In this document: one piece after another, positions 7,415 to 15,097 of the stretch | Position numbering within the stretch: position 1 is the first letter of the stretch | Layout: every line of letters starts with the position of its first letter | From: Candidatus Saccharimonadota bacterium | GTDB lineage: Bacteria > Patescibacteriota > Saccharimonadia > Saccharimonadales > UBA10212 | Reading direction: 5' to 3' | NCBI GenBank assembly: GCA_019662065.1 | Contig: JAIFWC010000002.1 | Span: 9,298-33,297, forward strand | DNA length: 24,000 nucleotides | The notes under the pieces: generated by a model | Told to the model about the DNA's origin: nothing | The model's database searches: none | The model's input: only the letters and a program-made list of their open reading frames with translations | Made by a program: the position numbers and the translations under genes

Positions 7415-8410
7415 ATGAGTTTTTTGGAGGAGTTGCCGAGGCCGTTTTTTGTGTTGGCGCCGATGGATGATGTGACGGATGTAGTATTTCGTCAGATTGT
7501 GGCTGAGTGCGCCAAGCCCGATATTTCATTTACGGAATTTGTAAATGTCGATGGCCTGCAAAGCCCGGGCCGAGAGAAGCTGCTACACAAGTTAAAGCTT
7601 TCTGAAAATGAAGGGCCGGTAATTGCCCAGTTGTGGGGACTAAAGCCCGAAAATTTTTATAAAACTGTAAAAGAGCTTGTGGATGGGACGCTTGTTGCGG
7701 AAGCGAATGCACTGCAAGGAAAAGACGAGAAGCGGAGCTTTGCAGGGGTGGATTTGAATATGGGCTGCCCAGTAAAAACAGTTATTAAAAACGGCGCCTG
7801 CGCGGCACTGATCAATAACAGGGAACTAGCCGGAGAAATTATAGATGCCGCCAAGCAAGCAGCAGGGGAAGACTTCCCTGTCAGTGTTAAGACTCGCGTA
7901 GGATTTACAACGATTGATATGAGCTGGATTGAGTTTTTATTATCTAAAAAAATACTTAACATGTTAAGTATTCATGGCCGCACAGCTAAAGAGCTGTCTA
8001 GCGTTCCGGCTAACTGGGACTTGGTTGGCCAAGCCCGGCAACTGCGTGATTCCCTGTCGCCCTCGACCTTAATTGTCGGCAATGGGGACGTAATGAGCCG
8101 CCAGCAGGGCGAAGAACTAGCCCAAAAGTATAAATTAGACGGCATCATGATTGGCCGCGGCATTTTTCATGACCCATTCGCTTTTGCCGAACATAGCCCC
8201 TGGGCGCGGTGGAGTGAGGCTCAAAAGCTAGAGCTTTTTAGAAGGCATATCGAACTTTATCTGGATACCTACAAAAAAAATGAGCGTCGTTTTGAAGCCC
8301 TGCGTAAGTTCTGCAAACTCTACATAAGTGGCTTTGACGATGCCTCAGAGCTACGAGCCAGATTTATGGAAACAAAAACCCCACAGCAAGTCCTGCAACT
8401 ACTGAACTAA
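7415..8410 (+). CDS. dus: tRNA-dihydrouridine synthase
   Basis: LAPMDDVTDVVFRQIV, DLNMGCPVKTV, KTRVGF, HGRT, GNGDV, IGRGIFHDPF. GTG at 7412 or ATG at 7415. Confidence 0.93.
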   Translation: MSFLEELPRPFFVLAPMDDVTDVVFRQIVAECAKPDISFTEFVNVDGLQSPGREKLLHKLKLSENEGPVIAQLWGLKPENFYKTVKELVDGTLVAEANALQGKDEKRSFAGVDLNMGCPVKTVIKNGACAALINNRELAGEIIDAAKQAAGEDFPVSVKTRVGFTTIDMSWIEFLLSKKILNMLSIHGRTAKELSSVPANWDLVGQARQLRDSLSPSTLIVGNGDVMSRQQGEELAQKYKLDGIMIGRGIFHDPFAFAEHSPWARWSEAQKLELFRRHIELYLDTYKKNERRFEALRKFCKLYISGFDDASELRARFMETKTPQQVLQLLN

Positions 8411-8419
8411 AATGGGATC

Positions 8420-8977
8420 ATGGATAGGATAGGACAAGCATTCACTAAGTTTGACAGAGTCAACTTTATTCCAAATGAAGCCAAGCCAATGGCGCAAGTC
8501 GATGCGCCAGTGCCGATTGGCTATGGCCAAACCAATAGCCAGCCGACCACCGTTGAGATGATGCTGGAATGGCTGGATGTACAACCCGGAGATAAAGTGC
8601 TGGACGTTGGATCGGGTTCTGGCTGGACTACTGCCCTGTTATCTTATTTGGCTGGACCGAAAGGTGAAATTTATGCAGTTGAGCTGGTGCCAGAGCTGGT
8701 AGAGTTTGGGCGCGAAAATGCCGAGCGCGCCGGAGTTAAAAACGCCAAGTTTTATCAAGCTGGCGACCAGTTTGGCTTACCCGAGAGGGCACCATTTGAC
8801 CGGATCTTGGTCAGCGCCTCGGCCGACAAATTGCCTCAAGTGCTTATTGACCAGCTAAAACCTGGCGGCAAACTGGTTGTGCCGGTGCACAACGATATTT
8901 TGGAAGTCATCAAAGACACTAATGGCAAAACTCATACAAAAACCCATCCAGGCTTTGTTTTCGTGCCCTTAATTTAG
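8420..8977 (+). CDS. pcm: Protein-L-isoaspartate O-methyltransferase-like protein
   Basis: RIGQAFTKFDRVNFIP...IGYGQTNSQPTTVEMMLEWL...VLDVGSGSGWTTALL...DRILVSASADKLP. Confidence 0.88.
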   Translation: MDRIGQAFTKFDRVNFIPNEAKPMAQVDAPVPIGYGQTNSQPTTVEMMLEWLDVQPGDKVLDVGSGSGWTTALLSYLAGPKGEIYAVELVPELVEFGRENAERAGVKNAKFYQAGDQFGLPERAPFDRILVSASADKLPQVLIDQLKPGGKLVVPVHNDILEVIKDTNGKTHTKTHPGFVFVPLI

Positions 8978-9092
8978 GATTTACATCTGTTATAATTCGA
9001 CTGGTCAAAGAGAATTATATGCCGAGCCCGACTCGTTCCATCTTTGAAAAAACATAGAACGAGCCGGCGCGAAGCTATATACTGGGCTCTAC

Positions 9093-9168
9093 GGGGGCGT
9101 AGCTCAGTGGTTAGAGCAGTCGGCTCATAACCGATTGGTCCCTGGTTCGAACCCAGGCGCCCCCACCA
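9093..9168 (+). tRNA. tRNA with CAT anticodon, probably tRNA-Ile2 (lysidine type), otherwise elongator Met
   Basis: GGGGGCG TA GCTC AGTGGTTA GAGC A GTCGG CTCATAA CCGAT TGGTC CCTGG TTCGAAC CCAGG CGCCCCC A CCA; D-loop and UGGUC variable loop resemble bacterial Ile2. Confidence 0.9.
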
Positions 9169-9173
9169 TTATT

Positions 9174-9635
9174 ATGTTTGATCAAATAAAAAACGCTCTG
9201 AGTAGCAAGCAGGCCCAACAACTAACCGATGTGCGCAATATCGGGCTGTATATTTTTGGAATTGTAGTATTGGCAATCGCTTGGAGCGGGGCTAGGACTG
9301 TCCAAAGCAACTATGAACTGCAGAAAAAAATCGCCACCCTAAAGCAGGAAAACACTGTTTTATGGCTGCAAAATCAGAACACTTACCTCCAAACTCAATA
9401 TTACAAAACCGACCAATACTTAGAACTATCGGCTCGCCAAAACCTGGGTTTAGCGGCGCCTGGCGAACAGGTTCTGTTAGTGCCCAAAGATGTTGCTAGC
9501 CGTTACGTGGACCCAAATCTTAACAAGACAAGCAGCGTTTCTGAAACAGCCGTGCCGGATAATCGCGCTGGTTATATTAAAAATCTCGAAGCTTGGCGTG
9601 ATTTCCTGTTAGGACGTAAGCTCACCAACGACTAA
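9174..9635 (+). CDS. FtsB/DivIC-like septum formation initiator (single TM plus coiled coil)
   Basis: MFDQIKNALSSKQ...GLYIFGIVVLAIAWSGARTVQSNYELQKKIATLKQENTVLWLQNQ. Confidence 0.7.
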   Translation: MFDQIKNALSSKQAQQLTDVRNIGLYIFGIVVLAIAWSGARTVQSNYELQKKIATLKQENTVLWLQNQNTYLQTQYYKTDQYLELSARQNLGLAAPGEQVLLVPKDVASRYVDPNLNKTSSVSETAVPDNRAGYIKNLEAWRDFLLGRKLTND

Positions 9636-9691
9636 GCGGACTATAAAAACCGTTATTTGACATATTTACAACAAGCTTTTCAGGGGTGAGC

Positions 9692-9719
9692 TTGACTTAT
9701 ATTTTAGGGACTGTACGAT
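9692..9719 (+). promoter_or_regulatory. Candidate promoter for the LysM/Rpf gene
   Basis: TTGACT (9692-9697), 16 nt, TACGAT (9714-9719); leaves a leader of about 140 nt. Confidence 0.4.
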
Positions 9720-9864
9720 TGTCCTTGTGTCTTTTGTTTGTGAGGATGGAGACACGACCGAAAAATCGAATTTCAAACTGTCAAAATCTAAATAAAAACG
9801 GACTTTGTTAAAGAAGCAAAGCCAGTTTTGGTATTGGCATTTTGAATTAATCTAAGGAGGATAA

Positions 9865-10458
<594 letters not shown>

Positions 10459-10492
10459 TCTCTAAATAACACTGAGTTTCGCACCTGTGCTG

Positions 10493-10519
10493 AGAGGCTT
10501 CCGGAAACCGGAAGCCTCT
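10493..10519. repeat. Perfect 12-bp hairpin, possible terminator
   Basis: AGAGGCTTCCGG-aaa-CCGGAAGCCTCT, no U-tract following. Confidence 0.6.
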
Positions 10520-10576
10520 GCGGCGTTGACAAAACACCTTACAACAGATTAGAATATCAAAGCTTCATTTAGATAT

Positions 10577-10651
10577 CGCGGGGTGGAGCAGCGGCAGCTC
10601 GCATGGCTCATAACCATGAGGTCGCAGGTTCGAGTCCTGCCCCCGCTACCA
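10577..10651 (+). tRNA. Initiator tRNA-fMet(CAT)
   Basis: CGCGGGG TG GAGC AGCGGCA GCTC G CATGG CTCATAA CCATG AGGTC GCAGG TTCGAGT CCTGC CCCCGCT A CCA; unpaired C1.U72 typical of initiators. Confidence 0.93.
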
Positions 10652-10667
10652 AGTTGAATAACAGATT

Positions 10668-10700
10668 GAGATTAGCAAACAAGCTAATCTCTTTTCTTTT
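10668..10700 (+). terminator. Rho-independent terminator after tRNA-fMet
   Basis: GAGATTAGC-aaacaa-GCTAATCTC followed by TTTTCTTTT. Confidence 0.85.
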
Positions 10701-10756
10701 ATTACCTCTGTAATCTAGGTTCCAGTCCTTCCTGGTCAGTTTGTTAGAATGTAAGT

Positions 10757-11002
10757 GTGACGAAGAAAGACAACCCAGCTGGCAGTAATCATAAAGTTCT
10801 AAAAAGATTATTGTTAGGATTCTTGTTTCTTGTACTCATATATATTTTCTTGGGTGAATATAAAGTTCTCTATGTAAACATTCATAATACAGACGCAGCA
10901 AAGTTAAATTTATATAACCCAAACGGAGATTTACTAATCGCAGCATTTAGCAGTGTTTTTATAGGTTTTGTTTTAGGCTACTGGTTCAAAAGTAAAAGAT
11001 AG
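10757..11002 (+). CDS. Small two-TM protein, LapA-like
   Basis: LLLGFLFLVLIYIFL...GDLLIAAFSSVFIGFVLGYWFKSKR topology; GTG start 6 nt after TAGAAT. Confidence 0.55.
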   Translation: MTKKDNPAGSNHKVLKRLLLGFLFLVLIYIFLGEYKVLYVNIHNTDAAKLNLYNPNGDLLIAAFSSVFIGFVLGYWFKSKR

Positions 11003-11061
11003 CCCTCTCCACCTACTCAGTTCTGGCAAGATAAGGTTCCAATTCGAATGTACAAGGGCTA

Positions 11062-11103
11062 CCAAGAAAAATGCCTCATCGTAAGATGGGGTATTTTTCT
11101 TGG
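11062..11103 (+). terminator. 19-bp hairpin with GTAA tetraloop, probable terminator downstream of the LapA-like gene
   Basis: CCAAGAAAAATGCCTCATC-GTAA-GATGGGGTATTTTTCTTGG pairs end to end (two wobbles). Confidence 0.65.
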
Positions 11104-11158
11104 TCATTGAGATGCAGGGCTCGGTTCTGCGACTAGCACAAGCTTCTGGCTTGGGCGT

Positions 11159-11246
11159 GGTCGCAGGTTCGGTCATCCAAGCCGGGCGCAGATGCTTGCA
11201 TCGAGCACGGCTGCAGATGTGCGCTGTCCTGCCCCCGCTACCAAGT
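11159..11246 (+). repeat. Interrupted partial copy of the tRNA-fMet 3' end
   Basis: 11159-11171 = 10620-10632 (13/13) and 11226-11246 = 10634-10654 (21/21); one base separates them in the intact gene, 54 nt here. Confidence 0.8.
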
Positions 11247-11333
11247 ATAAGCAGTTTAAATAGTTTTGTTTTATCCTCCGACTGGCGGACATCAAACGGT
11301 GATGATTTTCGGTCTCGTGAGGGCCATCGTGAG

Positions 11334-12056
11334 TTAGTCTTCGCCAACATTGGCTAATTTGGTCTTTTTATAATCATTTGGCATATCGGGCTGGTTCGAA
11401 GTTACATACTTTATGAATTCAGCCTTAGCCATTGATAAGGCAGAGTTCTTCTTTCTTTCCCGGCCAAGCGTAGAAATCATCTTGCCGGACATGCCTTTGC
11501 CGCAAGCAGAGCCCGCGAAATGCCCTGGGTAGACCTCGGTCCATTCAGGTAATCTAAGTAGCTTCTGAATTGAACCATAGAGTTTAGCAGCATTGGCCTC
11601 TACCACACCTTCCTCTAATCGGCCAAGGGCCAAATCAACACGTCCTACATCGCCGACAAACAGCGTATCGCCGGTTAGCAAGTACCAATCGTCGACATAA
11701 AGTGTTATCCCGTCAGATGTATGCCCAGGGGTAGAAATAACTTGAAAGTGTCTGTTACCAATATAAAATTTATTAGAGTCTACCAGTTTTTGGTCCACGC
11801 CATTTACTTCAGAATTTTTATGCATAAATAGCTTAGCGCCAGTGAGTTTGGCTAACTTGCGTGCACCGGACTGATGGTCAGCATGGGTATGGGTATCAAT
11901 CACAATATCTATTGAGAGCTTGTGCCGCTCGGCTGTTTTCATATAGAGTTCAATGTCGATTTGAGGGTCAATGACGGCAACGGTATTTTCAGTTGTACAG
12001 CCAACCATGTACGATAAACAGCTTTGCTCCTCATGAATATATTGCCGAAAAATCAC
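11334..12056 (-). CDS. MBL-fold hydrolase, glyoxalase II / persulfide dioxygenase (ETHE1)-like
   Basis: MIFRQYIHEEQSCLSYMVG...DTHTHADHQSGA...STPGHTSDG...LTGDTLFVGDVGR...VYPGH. Confidence 0.88.
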   Translation of the reverse strand: MIFRQYIHEEQSCLSYMVGCTTENTVAVIDPQIDIELYMKTAERHKLSIDIVIDTHTHADHQSGARKLAKLTGAKLFMHKNSEVNGVDQKLVDSNKFYIGNRHFQVISTPGHTSDGITLYVDDWYLLTGDTLFVGDVGRVDLALGRLEEGVVEANAAKLYGSIQKLLRLPEWTEVYPGHFAGSACGKGMSGKMISTLGRERKKNSALSMAKAEFIKYVTSNQPDMPNDYKKTKLANVGED

Positions 12057-12062
12057 TATGTA

Positions 12063-12626
12063 CTACTCAGCTTTGACTTCAAGCGTTAGTGGTATAGCTT
12101 TACTCAGCGAGTCGCCAACTGGAGAAGAACGCTCGCAGCGTTCTCTCAAGTATTTAATTTGTTTAGGGGTGGCTTTCGGGGCTTTGAGATGAATTGTATA
12201 AGCTATGCTGTTGTAGCCTGCTCCTGAAGCCCCCTCGATACCATAATACGCCCGTGAGTTAAAGCGGCCTGATGCTTCTATCCATAACTCCTCGATATCT
12301 ACGCCTAACAGAGCAGCGTGGGTTGCTACCAAGTCAATGTCGCAAGCCGACAGACTGGCTAAAAGCGTTTGCATGGCATTCAAGTTGCCATCGCCACCAA
12401 TCTCTAAAAAAACGCCACCCAACTCGATTCTGGCTTTACTGCCGCCTAGCCACTTAGCCATAATTTTCGGTTCCCGTTCGGTTACAGCCGGATCCTTTTG
12501 GGCCTGTTCTTTTGTCTGTTTAATTTTAGCTACATCTACGCCATTTATTAAATCTGCCACGCTGCTCCTCCTTTGTGCTTCAAAATAAAAACTTCGCACT
12601 ATCATTATATGCTCTGCTTGGCTCAA
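12063..12626 (-). CDS. OsmC-like family protein
   Basis: GGDGNLNAMQTLLASLSACDIDLV...LRERCERSSPVGDSLSKAIPLTLEV; exact start uncertain. Confidence 0.8.
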   Translation of the reverse strand: MSQAEHIMIVRSFYFEAQRRSSVADLINGVDVAKIKQTKEQAQKDPAVTEREPKIMAKWLGGSKARIELGGVFLEIGGDGNLNAMQTLLASLSACDIDLVATHAALLGVDIEELWIEASGRFNSRAYYGIEGASGAGYNSIAYTIHLKAPKATPKQIKYLRERCERSSPVGDSLSKAIPLTLEVKAE

Positions 12627-12692
12627 GCTAGAGAAAATAGATGCTCCCTTGTAGTAACTAGTTCCACTGCGAGAGCACCAGCTCTACCACGA

Positions 12693-12722
12693 AAAAAGCC
12701 TCAGGAAGCTGGGGCTTTTTTC
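12693..12722. terminator. Terminator after the LUD gene (bidirectional)
   Basis: AAAAAAGCCTCAG-gaag-CTGGGGCTTTTTTT. Confidence 0.8.
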
Positions 12723-12736
12723 GTTTGCTGAACTAG

Positions 12737-13390
12737 CTAGAAGCCGACTGGTTCTTTGACTAGAATTATTGTCACCCGGCCGGCGGGCTCTTGACGATAA
12801 ATTAACAGTTTGTTTAGGGACGAACCGGTGCCATAGGCAGCCTTGGCGCGCTCATCTTCTAAATGGAAGGTATAATCTTCAATCCGCTGGAGGCCTTCAG
12901 CCAAATCCTTAACGATTTTCTGGCTGCCTACCACCCAGATAACATTGCTAGCGCCGTAAGCATAGTTAGGCAATTGGCTACCGGAGGCCGAAGCCACTAC
13001 TACTTGGCCGTCTTGGGTCACAGCATGCACGCTGCCGACCGCATAATCAGCTCCAGAGCCAATTCGCTTCATTTCTACACTTTTGTCTGGCTGCCCATAC
13101 AATTCCATAAACTTGTTACGGACGGATACATATTTACCGGACTCGTTAAACTCTTTATCCAATCCGGACTTTTCTAAAGTCCTGGAAGTAGCTGTAAAAA
13201 CTTCTGATCCCGCCGGAATTAGGTTCTCGACTTCTTCTTTAGCATCTATTAAGTTATCGACGACCTTTACCTTAAAGCCGTGATTTTCTAAAGCTTTAGT
13301 AGCCTTTTGAATTTCACTGTAGGAAGTTGCCTGTGAGAACCTAGTGCTGTAAGTGGCGGCCCGGCCAACATTAGTTGTTATTTTGGACAT
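12737..13390 (-). CDS. LUD domain (LutC/YkgG-like) protein
   Basis: LIPAGSEVFTATSRTLEKSGL...GSVHAVTQDGQVVVASASGSQLPNYAYGASNVIWVVGSQKIV...VKEPVGF; SD GAGGG. Confidence 0.85.
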   Translation of the reverse strand: MSKITTNVGRAATYSTRFSQATSYSEIQKATKALENHGFKVKVVDNLIDAKEEVENLIPAGSEVFTATSRTLEKSGLDKEFNESGKYVSVRNKFMELYGQPDKSVEMKRIGSGADYAVGSVHAVTQDGQVVVASASGSQLPNYAYGASNVIWVVGSQKIVKDLAEGLQRIEDYTFHLEDERAKAAYGTGSSLNKLLIYRQEPAGRVTIILVKEPVGF

Positions 13391-13416
13391 TTTTACCCTC
13401 TTTCTTGCTATAATTT

Positions 13417-13444
13417 GTATAGTATTAACATATCTATACTATAC
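13417..13444. promoter_or_regulatory. Putative HxlR operator between divergent LUD and HxlR genes
   Basis: Perfect 9-bp inverted repeat GTATAGTAT-taacatatct-ATACTATAC. Confidence 0.65.
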
Positions 13445-13458
13445 TAGGTAAAGTAACT

Positions 13459-13794
13459 ATGCAAGATATAGTAAAGGAAAATTTAGAGATTGAAAGCCGG
13501 CCCGGTTGCATCGCTGCTGCCTTGTATGTATTGGGCAATAAATGGACGGCCCTTATAGTAAATGAACTTTATGATCGCCCGGCCCGTTTTTCGGCCCTAG
13601 AGCACGCCCTGGTGGGAATTAGTCCCCGCACCTTGTCCCAACGGCTGGATGAGCTGGAAGAACAGAAATTTATAACTAAAAAAAGCTTTGCCGAAGTACC
13701 GCCCCGGGTTGAGTACACTCTGACGCAAAAGGGAAGAGACTTGATACCTATACTTAAGAGTATGGCCGATTGGGGCGACAAACACTCTAAATAA
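13459..13794 (+). CDS. HxlR-family winged-helix transcriptional regulator
   Basis: LYVLGNKWTALIVNELYDRPARFSALEHALVGISPRTLSQRLDELEEQKFI...PRVEYTLTQKGRDLIPIL. Confidence 0.93.
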   Translation: MQDIVKENLEIESRPGCIAAALYVLGNKWTALIVNELYDRPARFSALEHALVGISPRTLSQRLDELEEQKFITKKSFAEVPPRVEYTLTQKGRDLIPILKSMADWGDKHSK

Positions 13795-13818
13795 AAAACT
13801 CCCTTTTCAGGGAGTTTT
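13795..13818. terminator. Bidirectional terminator between convergent HxlR and RRM genes
   Basis: AAAACTCCC-ttttca-GGGAGTTTT. Confidence 0.8.
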
Positions 13819-13834
13819 CTTTACCGGTTAAAAA

Positions 13835-14107
13835 TTACCAGCGATTTTCGCGGGGGCGGTCCTCTTTAGGACGGGCCTCGGCGACCGAAATAGTGCGGCC
13901 ACCGACTTCTGAGCCGTTGAGCGCCTTTTCGGCGGCTTTGCCTTCTTCATCGTTCTCGAATTCGACAAAACCGAAACCTTTGCTGCGGCCACTCTCGCGG
14001 TCGCGAACGACGTTGGCTGAAGCGACTGTGCCATGGGCGGCAAACAGTTGGTTAAGCTCGTCGTCGGTGGTTGCAAAGGGCAGACCACCTACAAAAACTT
14101 TGTACAT
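13835..14107 (-). CDS. RRM-domain RNA-binding protein
   Basis: YKVFVGGLPFATTDDELNQLFAAHGTVASANVVRDRESGRSKGFGFVEFENDEEGKAAEKALNGSEVGGRTISVAEARP with RNP1/RNP2. Confidence 0.95.
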   Translation of the reverse strand: MYKVFVGGLPFATTDDELNQLFAAHGTVASANVVRDRESGRSKGFGFVEFENDEEGKAAEKALNGSEVGGRTISVAEARPKEDRPRENRW

Positions 14108-14262
14108 GTATTAGTTCCTTATTAATTCTTACTAGGTACGACCCTTACTGGACTGGAATATCGAACTGGGCTTTTGGGCCGAACATTCTCACCAAGAACA
14201 GATAAGCTCCTAACATCGCCAAGTTAACCACTAATCGGCACGAAAAGCAATTTAAATAGAGG

Positions 14263-14290
14263 TTGACTTTTTAAAAGAATTGTGTATAAT
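14263..14290 (+). promoter_or_regulatory. Strong sigma70-like promoter of a short transcript
   Basis: TTGACT (14263-14268), 16 nt, TATAAT (14285-14290). Confidence 0.75.
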
Positions 14291-14330
14291 ATAATTTAGG
14301 TTTTAGCAAAAACAAAAAGGACAAAAATAA

Positions 14331-14411
14331 ATGCCACAGCTTGCATATATTCTATTGCCGACAGTTGATGAGCAGATTCTAGAACTCGATGAGGTTCTAG
14401 CCGAAGCTTAA
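14331..14411 (+). CDS. 26-aa small ORF
   Basis: ATG...TAA encoding MPQLAYILLPTVDEQILELDEVLAEA, weak AAAGGA upstream, between the strong promoter and the terminator. Confidence 0.5.
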   Translation: MPQLAYILLPTVDEQILELDEVLAEA

Positions 14412-14431
14412 AAAAGCTGGCAATAAAACCA

Positions 14432-14459
14432 AAAAACGATCCAAGAACGGGTCGTTTTT
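14432..14459 (+). terminator. Rho-independent terminator of the short transcript
   Basis: AAAAACGATCC-aagaac-GGGTCGTTTTT. Confidence 0.8.
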
Positions 14460-14470
14460 AATTTCTAACG

Positions 14471-14547
14471 TGGTAGCAGGGGCGAGATTTGAACTCGCGA
14501 CCCCAGGCTTATGAGTCCTGTGCTCTAACCAACTGAGCTACCCTGCC
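14471..14547 (-). tRNA. tRNA-Met(CAT), elongator type
   Basis: GGCAGGG TA GCTC AGTTGGTTA GAGC A CAGGA CTCATAA GCCTG GGGTC GCGAG TTCAAAT CTCGC CCCTGCT A CCA on the minus strand. Confidence 0.92.
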
Positions 14548-14623
14548 TCGTCGGAATCGAGGCGTCGGCTTCCGTAAGCGCGTTATACTTGCTTACTTCC
14601 AGCCTCGGCTCGCTTCCTCCTCT

Positions 14624-14664
14624 CAATTTTGCCAAATACTGCACTGCGGAATTTGGCAAAATTG
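14624..14664. repeat. Perfect 14-bp inverted repeat upstream of tRNA-Met
   Basis: CAATTTTGCCAAAT-actgcactgcgga-ATTTGGCAAAATTG. Confidence 0.75.
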
Positions 14665-14701
14665 TAGAAGAACAGAGGTAATTATACCAATTTATGTTTA
14701 T

Positions 14702-14971
14702 TTATTCTTCTTTGTTGTCTCTGTCATCATCGTCATCGCTTTTGGCGGGCGGAGTGTAGCCTAGGATGCCGCGGTTGCCTGGGTCATCAGTTTCATCAGC
14801 GCCAGAAATACCTTCATCATAATGCTCCATGGAATCTACGTTAGTATCAGCCTGAGGATGCGTATCATCGGTACTGTCGTGTACACCGCTAGGCGCCGAA
14901 AAGGGCGTTGAGTAATCCTCTGGCAGTTTTTCCTGCTCTTCTTCATCGTTGACTAATCCCTGTGGTGGCAT
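14702..14971 (-). CDS. Small acidic, low-complexity protein (89 aa)
   Basis: Starts MPPQGLVNDEEEQEKL with SD AGGAGGG just upstream; ends KSDDDDDRDNKEE. Confidence 0.65.
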   Translation of the reverse strand: MPPQGLVNDEEEQEKLPEDYSTPFSAPSGVHDSTDDTHPQADTNVDSMEHYDEGISGADETDDPGNRGILGYTPPAKSDDDDDRDNKEE

Positions 14972-15097
14972 AATCCCTCCTGGTTACACATCCAGCCTAA
15001 CATCTTTAGGTGTCCCCTTTAAGTTAAATAAGTCACAGCTTGTAAAAATCATAGGTCCTATTCTTAATATTCAGGGAAAGGAGGCTTTATAGCTGAT

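Noticed and set aside
10493-10519. Clear rho-independent terminator of the rpf-like gene
   Set aside because: Stem is perfect but no U-tract follows, so it is kept only as a hairpin with uncertain role.
11172-11225. Group I intron in a tRNA
   Set aside because: 54 nt is far too short, and no intact 5' half of the tRNA precedes it; T-loop is not a usual bacterial intron site.
10973-11250. tmRNA or RNase P RNA
   Set aside because: CCA-like ends are present but there is no matching 5' acceptor strand, tag ORF, or RNase P conserved core (GAGGAAAGUC...).
11100-11357. 85-aa plus-strand ORF (and antisense 10973-11350)
   Set aside because: Covers the split tRNA-fMet fragment and hairpin region, no SD, no plausible domain; overlaps the MBL gene end.
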